Shown here one piece after another: positions 22,565-31,195 of a stretch of DNA of 31,195 bases. The DNA comes from Octopus sinensis. Taxonomy: Eukaryota. A program made the position numbers and the translations under genes. The stretch lies in assembly GCF_006345805.1 (NCBI RefSeq), contig NW_021832337.1, positions 1 to 31,195 of the forward strand, given 5' to 3'. Each line of letters starts with the position of its first letter. Position 1 is the first letter of the stretch. Below the pieces are notes generated by a model. It saw only the letters and a list, made by a program, of their open reading frames with translations, had not been told where the DNA came from and did no database searches.

Positions 22565-23280
22565 ATATATGAAAGAATGGAGCTGAACGACGAATTAACA
22601 AAATTCGTTTCGAAGGCTGCATATTCCTAATTGCGAAGGAATAAGGAGTACATTATGCCGCTTTCTCATCAGGAAAAGCAAGGAACTTATTTCAACATCA
22701 AAATGCACAAAAAACTTTTAGATGATTGCTCACACGGAGCCCATAGCTATAATGAGTGTCTCTTTAAAATATTCCTTTATAAGGAGTGACGTCAAAATGG
22801 TTGGATGTAGAAGATTCTAGAAAGTTCTAAAGGTTCAAGGGTTCAAACGAAGATGGAGGAGAGAGGCATAAGAAAAGGAAGGTGAAAGGGTGCAGGTCAT
22901 ATGAATGGTGGATTTTGTTAATATCTTTTGTGAATGAGTGCCTTTGTGTGTGACTGTATATAACTGCATTAATGTGTGTGTTTGTGTATGTGTGTGCGTG
23001 ATTGTGTATGTGGATGGGTAGATGTCAGAAAACAGACAATGGTGAGGTGAGAGGTTTGTGTCTGTATGTTTGATTGTGCTTACTATAGAAAGAGGGAAAT
23101 AGGGAGAGAAAGAGAGAGAAAGAGGAGGGCGAGGTAGGGGGACTAAGGCAACACATACCTCACTGGATTGGGTAGTAGTTCTTTGAAAGTATAAAAAAAA
23201 AAGGAATATGCAGCCTTCGAAACATATGTCGAAAATAAAGGAATTTTGTTAATTCGTCGTTCACTCCATTCTTCATATAT
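22565..23280. mobile_element. Penelope-related element with about 65-80 bp terminal inverted repeats and hammerhead parts
   Basis: 22565-22628 is the reverse complement of 23202-23280 except for a 17-nt deletion (ctttattttcgacatat). Confidence 0.8.
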
Positions 23281-23289
23281 ATATATCAT

Positions 23290-23324
<35 letters not shown>

Positions 23325-23336
23325 CTATATATATAT

Positions 23337-23427
<91 letters not shown>

Positions 23428-23552
23428 AAAGGTTTGGAGAGGATGTACAGGTATTATATATTAGAAAAAAATGAGGTACTAAAAAATCCGGATGGTTTTA
23501 TATTTACAGATATCTATTAGTTGTTACATGTTTTTATACATCATATATCAGC

Positions 23553-23623
23553 GCTTTCGTCCATTCTAGTGGAGTCCTCAAACTGAACTTCAATTTGAAG
23601 ACTCCACTAGAATGGAACGAAAG

Positions 23624-23625
<2 letters not shown>
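23553..23625. repeat. Hairpin with about 29-bp arms
   Basis: ctttcgtccattctagtggagtcctcaaa pairs with tttgaagactccactagaatggaacgaaag across a short spacer. Confidence 0.9.
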
Positions 23626-23660
<35 letters not shown>

Positions 23661-23782
23661 CATAGATTGGAGTAGGTAAGATCCGAGCTGCATGTTACTG
23701 TAGGCGACTAGGGCTGCCGTGTATTGGAATACGAATATCAGAATTAAGGAATGGAGTAGATAAGATGGGGGCTACATGTGTT

Positions 23783-24240
23783 TTGGTCAGCCTGAGGCTA
23801 TAGTAGAAAATACTTGCCCCAGGTGCCACGTAGTAGGAGTGAAGCCGGAACCATGTGGCTGGTAAGCAAGCTCCGCTTCAGCCCTATTGTGTAGCACTTT
23901 GGGCAGGGGTCTTCCACTATAGTCTGAGGCCTACCAAGATCTTTTGACTAGATTTGGTAGACGGAAACTGAAAGAAGCCCGTTGTATGCGTGTCTGTGTG
24001 TGTGTCTGTGTGTGTGTTCGTGTATCCATGAGTGTGTATCTGTGTTTTTCCCCCCTCCCTCATCACTGCTTGACAACCGGTGTTGGTGTGTTTACGTCCC
24101 GGTCATCTAGCAGTTCGTTAAAAGCGAGCGATAGAATAAATGTTAAGCTCCAGAAGTAAGTCGTGGTGTCGATTTGTTCGACTAAACCCCTTCAAGGCGG
24201 TTTTATAACTGAAACAAGTAAAAGAATATAAGAACAAAAG
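23783..24240. mobile_element. Head-to-head fusion of SINE family A (minus head 23783-23875; + copy 23880-24240)
   Basis: gaggctatagtagaaaatacttgccccaggtgccacg...gtaagcaagctc abuts ttcagccctattgtgtagcactttgggcagggg...gactaaacccc...ctgaaacaagtaaaag. Confidence 0.8.
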
Positions 24241-24563
24241 AATATATAATATTCCAAACAAGCTACATTCCCGCCCCCACCTAATCCACTCGTCTCTATA
24301 CACATCTATGGTTTTATCAGATAGAGGGAGATATCTCGTATCTGCCTCTATATCCGACATTATACATGTCTTAACAAGATTATGGAAGAGCCTCTGGGTG
24401 ATAACACAGATTGCTAGAAATAGCAGCAAAATGTCCTGCGAGCCCTACCTTCACGTCTTAAGAAAGGATACTTTGTTGCTTAACGTAATCCAAGGAGTGC
24501 TATGTCTATGAAGAGGTGTGTTGGTCACGGCGGGAGCACCTTTTATCATGTTTATTCAATCAG

Positions 24564-24585
24564 GCACTTCTGTCTATAATTTATG
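24564..24585 (+). CDS. Candidate 22-nt exon of the chain (ALLSIIY)
   Basis: cttttatcatgtttattcaatcag|GCACTTCTGTCTATAATTTATG|gtaagt. Confidence 0.4.
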
Positions 24586-24854
24586 GTAAGTTTCTGTCTA
24601 CCTTTCTATCTGTATACCTCTTTCTCTCTCTCTTTCCATTTCTCCGTCTCCTGGTCTCTCTCAGTCTCTGTTTCCTTCTCTCTCACTCACTCCCTCTCTC
24701 ACTCTCTCTTTCTCTCCTTCTCTTCTGTCACCATCTAATCTATCTACCTTCCTCTCTATCTCTGTTTGGTCTTCCTGCTTGTCTCTCTGTCGTCACTCTC
24801 TGTTTCTCTCGCCCTCTTTCTCTCACGCTGCCAATATATATGTATCTGGCAGTG

Positions 24855-24951
<97 letters not shown>

Positions 24952-25272
24952 TATATATGCGCGTATGTATTTATATATGTATGAATGTATGCATGCCTGG
25001 ATTGATTGGATGGATGTCTATACGTATGTTTCTATATACCTACCCGCATATTTATCGATCTATCGATCCACTTGCCACTTTACCTACTCCTCCGCCTATC
25101 TACCTGTCCCGCTATCTACACCAATATAATAAACCGTTTTGTCAAAAGCAAGCAAAATACTTTTAGACAAGAATTTTTTTTTATATATTTTCTCCCCAAA
25201 ATCGATAGGAATGTAGACAATCTTGCAACAGAGAGACATTATCTTCTTTTGATACAACACAATATATGTATG

Positions 25273-25360
<88 letters not shown>

Positions 25361-25522
25361 CACACATTAGTTTATATATATGAAATCTATTTCTGCGTAC
25401 ATATATATATATATATATGTATGTAGGCATGTATGTATGAATGTATATAAACATACATATATGTGTGTGCGTATACGTACATCGCTTAATGTCGTACGAC
25501 ATAAACCTCCTTTATATGTATT

Positions 25523-25581
<59 letters not shown>

Positions 25582-25838
25582 CATTATCTATGATAGTGTG
25601 TGCGTGCGTATAAGTGTATATATATATATATCCTCGTATGCATAAACATATATGAATACATATACTTTCATATAATATCCATGCACATATCTGCATGTGC
25701 AAGTATATGAGCACCTGTATGTGCATGAACGTCCATGACTCCCCCCTCTGTAGATGTGTGATTTTCTGTGATTTTCTTGCCATATGTTTGGGTATATGCT
25801 TCGCTTATCTGTATGTTCCTGTGAATCTGTGTGTGTGC

Positions 25839-25887
<49 letters not shown>

Positions 25888-25977
25888 CATATACATATAT
25901 ACATATATATTTAATACATTTATACACGAGTATGCGTGTGTATGTGTGTATATGTGTGTACGTATGTAAGTGTGCGC

Positions 25978-26019
<42 letters not shown>

Positions 26020-26194
26020 ATACATGTATATGCTTCCAGTAAGCCTATTATATATTGAGTATTTCAATAGATGTGTGTATGTATTTGTACATGTGAGTAC
26101 ATAATGCATTCCTGCTCTTTTAGAGTTGTATATACATGTCAGTATTTGTGAATATACATGTATATATATGTATATACACACACACACACACACA

Positions 26195-26245
<51 letters not shown>

Positions 26246-26762
26246 TATACATACACATGCATATAGACGTCTGTAAGGGTATGTGTATGTGTAACCATTG
26301 TTATTCCATCGCTGAATGCATTTCTGCTTCCCCTCCACTTCACACCAAGTCTTAGCTGCTGCACTGTGCACCAGTGCACACTTCGCTGCAAGATACCCAC
26401 GATGACAATAACACTGCACTAATACCATTCAGTACTGCACCACCCCATACAGCCCCACTCCACAAATGACAGGACTACATCAGTTCAACCAACATTTCCC
26501 TCTCGCTTCCACCCGCTGCACAAATCTGCGCCATAATACTGAAGATTCTAAATAATTCCATGAAGCTCTGCGGATTCTATATAAGCGCAAGCATGGTTGT
26601 GTGGTTATGAAGCTTCCTTTGCAGCCACGCGGTCTCGCGTTCAATGCCTAGGAGTGGCACCTTCGGCAAGTATTTGCTATTGGTTCCTGGAATGACCCAA
26701 TGCCTCGCGAGAGAATTTCTTTGACGGACATTTTGGAAGCTTGTATTTTATGTGTGTGTGTG

Positions 26763-27135
26763 TGTGGCTGTGTGGTAAGAAGCTTGCTTACCAGTCACAT
26801 GGTTCCGGGTTCCGCTACGCTCCGTGGCAGCTTGGGCAAGTGGCTTCGACTGTAGCCTCAGGCCGACCAAAGCCTTGAGTCTATTTGTTCGACGGAAACT
26901 GAAAAAAGCCCGTCCTATAGTAGTGTGTGTGCGAGTTTCTGTGTCTCCATTTGCCCCCACTCCCCCATCACTTGACAACGGATGTTGGTGTGTTTACGTG
27001 CTCGCAACTTAGTGGCTCGGCAAAAAGAGACCGACAGAATAAGTCCTGGGCTCGATGTTTTCGACTAAAGGTGATGCTCCATATGGCCGCAGTCAAATGA
27101 CTGAAACAAGTAAAAGAATACAAGAATAAAAGAAT
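26763..27135 (+). mobile_element. SINE family A, near full length (degenerate head copy just upstream at 26590-26745)
   Basis: gtggctgtgtggtaagaagcttgcttacc...gactgaaacaagtaaaagaata. Confidence 0.85.
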
Positions 27136-27214
27136 AAAAGAACAAGAGAATAAAAAAGAATATCTATTAAACGCGTCCCATAAGAAAAAAACAACATATA
27201 AATGATAGTTGGAA

Positions 27215-27500
27215 CCTCAATTAAGAGAGCAGATTCGAAACGTGATAATTCAAGAACGGAGAGGAATGAACGATGATATCGCAGCGTACCGAAAACATAA
27301 GATCCGCTGGGCTGGACATGTTGCAAGGTTCACAGACAATAGGGGGTCTCATGCAGTTGCCGAGTAGTATCAAAGAAATTGGAAAAAGTCACTTGAAAAG
27401 CCTCCCCGACGATGGGGAGGCGATATAGTCAAGCAATTTGGTTCAAGATGGAAAAGAATAGAGCAATCAAGACAGAATTGGAAGCGCATTGTGACCAGCG
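27215..27500 (+). mobile_element. RTE-clade LINE, C-terminal remnant
   Basis: LREQIRNV...YRKHKIRWAGHVARFTDNRGSHAVAE*YQRNWKKSLEKPPRRWGGDIVKQFGSRWKRIEQSRQNWK. The RWAGHVAR and PPRRW motifs are typical of RTE. Confidence 0.9.
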
Positions 27501-27544
27501 GTTTTAAGAGCATCTGATAGTGTTGGTTCATATTGTGATACTTT

Positions 27545-27721
27545 TATTCTTTTATTCTTTCATTTGTTTCAGTCATTTGACTGCAGCCATACTGTGGCAG
27601 CGCCTTCAGTCGAACAAATCGACCCCAGGACTTATTCTTTGCCTTGAACTTATACCGTGAACGTAAACACACCAGCATCCGTAGTCAAGCGATGGTGGGG
27701 GGACAAAAATAGATACACAAG

Positions 27722-27813
<92 letters not shown>

Positions 27814-28348
27814 TAATTGTGTAATTGTGTCTTTCTGCCTGTGTCTTTGGACGGTCCGCCCACACCGTCCAACCGGTTTTAATGATTTTTGGCACATAGG
27901 TAGATCACATGCCCTGAAGTTCGAATAAGGCCGGAATTTTTCGAAAACTCGATAATGCTTAGTTGGCATCGATTTTTGTGAGCTCAATCGGGCGTTTGAA
28001 TCGAAATTCCCATAACGATGTTATTTTTCCTATAGCTTTTGCATTTTAATCCGATTTTGATGAAAATCGATGAGTGAGCGAGGCTCATGGCAGTGAGTTG
28101 ATGTCAGTGTGATAACATTAAGGGTAGATAAATAAACAAACATCACTTTCAACGGGGCGGAGTACACCCAAAAGTTTGACTGCGATTTCAAATGGTCCAG
28201 TATGTAGGAGTATGTCGAAAGCGTTAACCGGGTAAAATCCCTATCGAACCAGATGTGACATCTTAATGGGTAATAGTTGGCACGGGGAAGATAGAAGACT
28301 TCAATACAAGGTCAGAGGTGGACTTAACTTCAACACGGGGTCCAACAG

Positions 28349-28381
<33 letters not shown>

Positions 28382-28560
28382 CCTGATGCGTACTATATAT
28401 ATATATATATAAGACGTCTACCTACATCCACTCACAAGGCTTTGGTCTCACTGGGGCTATAGTAGAAAACACTTGCCCAAGGCGCCACGCAGTGAGATTG
28501 AACCCGGGACCATGTGGTTGGTAAGCAAGCTTCTTACCATACAGCCGCGCCTGTGCCTGT
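27545..28560 (-). mobile_element. SINE family A, split at its internal microsatellite (3' half 27545-27740, 5' half 28405-28560)
   Basis: Both halves are reverse complements of family A in the correct order, with the 27820-28335 element between them. Confidence 0.75.
27820..28335 (+). mobile_element. HINE/DINE-1-like element nested in SINE A
   Basis: 5' gtgt/ctgt microsatellite, 7-bp hairpin ggacggt/accgtcc (27849-27870), ccaaccggttttaatgatttttggcac motif and a 3' end cacggggtccaacagcta. Family call is by eye. Confidence 0.55.
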
Positions 28561-28709
28561 GCCTATATACTGTGATATAATTTTTCACAAATACCCCGAG
28601 TTTTTTGTTGCTGATATTTGAACGATTATGAAATGTGCAACATTAAGTTTGATAAAAAAAAAAACTTCAATAACAAAATAAAAACTAGATAGGCGGTTGT
28701 TAATTGCAG

Positions 28710-28722
28710 CAAAGCATTTGCG
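28710..28722 (+). CDS. Candidate 13-nt exon of the chain (AKHL)
   Basis: gttgttaattgcag|CAAAGCATTTGCG|gtgagt. Confidence 0.35.
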
Positions 28723-28822
28723 GTGAGTAAAAAAATATATACTTGACCAGAAAAAAAACAGCAAAATCAGGCAAACGTGGCTTCAAATTATATGAACATT
28801 CACCATTTTGTGTTATTTCAAG

Positions 28823-28856
28823 CATATTCACTGACACCAATCTATTTCACGTGTCT
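28823..28856 (+). CDS. Candidate 34-nt exon of the chain (RIFTDTNLFHVS)
   Basis: ccattttgtgttatttcaag|...GTGTCT|gtaagc. The acceptor is a weaker AAG. Confidence 0.3.
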
Positions 28857-29075
28857 GTAAGCACAAAGCATATTACAGAGCACCAAACCCCAGAAACAGC
28901 CTTAAAGATTTAGCCATATTCTCTAATCTTTTACTGCTGGGGACGTTTCAATATCAACGCGACCTAATTTTACTTTTTTGCGAATATCGAGAGAAACAAA
29001 ATGGAAAACAAGACAAGTAACATAAAGAACGACCACTCATCAGTTGTAGGGTGTTTATCTACTCCACATTTCGAG

Positions 29076-29114
<39 letters not shown>

Positions 29115-29204
29115 TATATACTCTGTGGACTACTCAGCGGCTTGGACGTTCATTTCACGAGCAAGTTGTTCCGTTGGACGTATCATCTGGCACATCATCG
29201 TGAC

Positions 29205-29420
29205 CGACGGAATGCCAGGTTATATGTTTGTGTGTGTTTTATGTCTGTGTTTTTGATCCCCACCACTGCTTGACAACCGTTGCTGGTGTGTTTACGTCTC
29301 CTTAGATTATTGGGTCGGTAAAAGAAATCGATTGAATACGTACGACTCTTAAAAAAACTAAATATGTAGAAGGCAGTGCCCCAACTTGGTCAGTCTTGTG
29401 ACTGAAACAAGTAAAGTATA
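29205..29420 (+). mobile_element. SINE family A, 3' half, diverged
   Basis: ccccaccactgcttgacaaccgttgctggtgtgtttacgtc...gactgaaacaagtaaag. Confidence 0.75.
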
Positions 29421-29456
29421 GAAGATGCATATATATATATATGTGTGTGTGTGTGC

Positions 29457-29498
<42 letters not shown>

Positions 29499-29697
29499 GA
29501 GTGTGTGAGTGTGTGTGTGTATGTGTGTGTGTGTGTTATACTTGCTTTTGTATGATTATTTTATAAATGCTTTGATATCATAACCGCCCCTCAGTCTTTC
29601 ATTCTGTTGTACTTTCATTAACTCGACCGGTACATTGCCAACAACAAACTGTTGCATGCATGGATCCTGTCTCTCTTTCCTCGACGTTCAGTTTTAG

Positions 29698-29722
29698 GTA
29701 TCTGGTCCAGTTTGTGCACTAA
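29698..29722 (+). CDS. Candidate 25-nt exon of the chain (VSGPVCAL)
   Basis: ctctctttcctcgacgttcagttttag|...CTAA|gtatct. The donor is weak. Confidence 0.28.
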
Positions 29723-29883
29723 GTATCTGTGTGTATTGTACGCTTTCCTACCCATAATACACTTAAAACGAATACAAGTTTTGAATATAATTACGAGTTA
29801 CAGTTGGCTGATGAGAAATAACGAAAGGTTATTATTAGTTTATAAGCATAATGGTTGAACATTGACCTTTTTCCGCTTGCCAG

Positions 29884-29933
29884 GTGAAAATATCAAAAAT
29901 ATAACCACGGAAAAATTGATAGCACCAGAATAT
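29884..29933 (+). CDS. Candidate 50-nt exon of the chain (SENIKNITTEKLIAPEY)
   Basis: cctttttccgcttgccag|...GAATAT|gtaagt. Only one frame is open. Confidence 0.45.
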
Positions 29934-30267
29934 GTAAGTCGTATGAAAAGTATATAAAAACGAAAATTTAATAATGTTGCTTTAAAATAGAAATAGATCA
30001 TAAAAACTATATTCGTATACCAAGAACATTGTTGACAGTCCGACTTCTCACCTCTAACATCTTTACTTGGTCTTTAAAATACAGCTGTTTATCAACATTT
30101 CCCATAAATTATCGGTAGCCATTGTTGTTAGTATTTTATATTCGGCGAATGTTGTGAAGGAAAAATAGCTTCTCTTACTTTCAAAACACTAAAAATATTT
30201 CAGCTGGCTTGGAACTTGAGTTGCTGTGAATATATTACTACTGAAGTGAGATTTTAACTCTTCCCAG

Positions 30268-30281
30268 GTTTCTCTTGATTT
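30268..30281 (+). CDS. Candidate 14-nt exon of the chain (VSLD)
   Basis: ttttaactcttcccag|GTTTCTCTTGATTT|gtaagc. Confidence 0.4.
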
Positions 30282-30457
30282 GTAAGCTTTCACAATTTGA
30301 AACTTACCCAGTGGTTAAACAACACACATACATACATACATACATACATAATACATACATACATACATACATACATACATACGTACGTACGTACGTACCT
30401 ACATACATACATACATACATACATACATACATACATACATACATAATACATACATAG

Positions 30458-30940
30458 AATCACTACACCTTGCCAAAGTGCCAACTGCTATAGTGAATGT
30501 CATTGAAAGACTGACCGAAACATGGTCCCCACAGTTCTCACTGACAACTACTAAAGCGACACCTATTGTTACAAAGAGAATTAAGCTATCAACAGCGAAC
30601 TAGCTTGTCAGTCCTGTTAACAAAATGCCAAGACTAGATGCTGGGATGTACAGAAAAGTATAAAATTAATTTTAGTCAGGCATTTTTTGCTGAAGACCTG
30701 ATGTTATATTCTGACCAACATCAAGAGACAATTAGAATTACTAATGTTTTCACAAGATGTAGCAATGAAGTCTGGACAAGATAAATACTCATACATTATA
30801 GTCAACCAAGGAAAGAGAGTCGATCGGGCAGAGAACATGTACATCGACGGCTTGTGTATCTCCCCTATCCCTAATGATGACTAAAAGCACTGCAGAATGG
30901 ATGAAAATGTTGCATACGTTGGTGCTGTGCCTAAAACCAG
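30458..30940 (+). mobile_element. R4/Dong-type reverse transcriptase remnant
   Basis: LAKVPTAIVNVIERLTETW...HAFFAEDLMLY (decayed F.DD motif)...FSQDVAMKSGQDKYSYI...DENVAYVGAV. Contains stops, and the QGD motif region is deleted. Confidence 0.8.
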
Positions 30941-30950
30941 ATAGACAGAC

Positions 30951-30987
<37 letters not shown>

Positions 30988-31155
30988 TGTTTCTTTATTA
31001 GCCACACAGGGCTGCACACAGATAGAACAAATTACAAGGTAGAGCTTTTCTTTTGAAGGTTTAAAAAAAAAAAAAAAAAAAAAAAAAGGGAAGGGGAGTT
31101 TCGATCAAAAGGGATCGTAAAGGAGAGAAAGAGGACAAAAAAAGGGGGGGGTTAA

Positions 31156-31187
<32 letters not shown>

Positions 31188-31195
31188 GAGAGGAA
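30940..31195 (-). mobile_element. Retroposon (probably LINE) 3' end with pyrimidine-rich UTR and (ATCT)n tail
   Basis: Minus strand: T/C homopolymer-rich stretch, then ...tgtgtgcagccctgtgtggctaataaagaaac into (ATCT)n. Runs off the end of the window. Confidence 0.6.

Noticed and set aside
24300-24515. ORFs 24308-24511 (+) and 24118-24429 (-)
   Set aside because: Short, no recognisable motif, and partly SINE-derived.
31060-31195. Poly(A) runs suggesting a processed pseudogene
   Set aside because: No adjacent coding sequence. They fit the T-rich UTR of a minus-strand retroposon, and homopolymer lengths may be sequencing artefacts.

Overview
AT-rich, repeat-saturated eukaryotic DNA whose SINE/LINE repertoire points to a coleoid cephalopod, most likely Octopus (inferred from recognised repeat families, not from a search). 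Nearly all ORFs in the supplied track are microsatellite read-through. Real content: many copies of two tRNA-type SINE families plus a third, decayed non-LTR retrotransposon fragments (R4/Dong-type RT and restriction-like endonuclease, RTE with C2H2 fingers, a probable Penelope GIY-YIG remnant), a Tc1/mariner-type MITE, two HINE/DINE-1-like elements, and several small inverted-repeat elements carrying decayed minimal type I hammerhead ribozyme folds. No intact TE or recognisable host gene is present. Two unexplained signals stand out. (1) Eight short + strand exon candidates (13-86 nt, 14824-30281) splice into one stop-free 97-codon frame with a hydrophobic segment, a possible micro-exon-rich gene. 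(2) Two complementary broken hammerhead copies in an inverted-repeat element together spell a complete canonical ribozyme. Repeat boundaries are approximate (about 10-20 nt).
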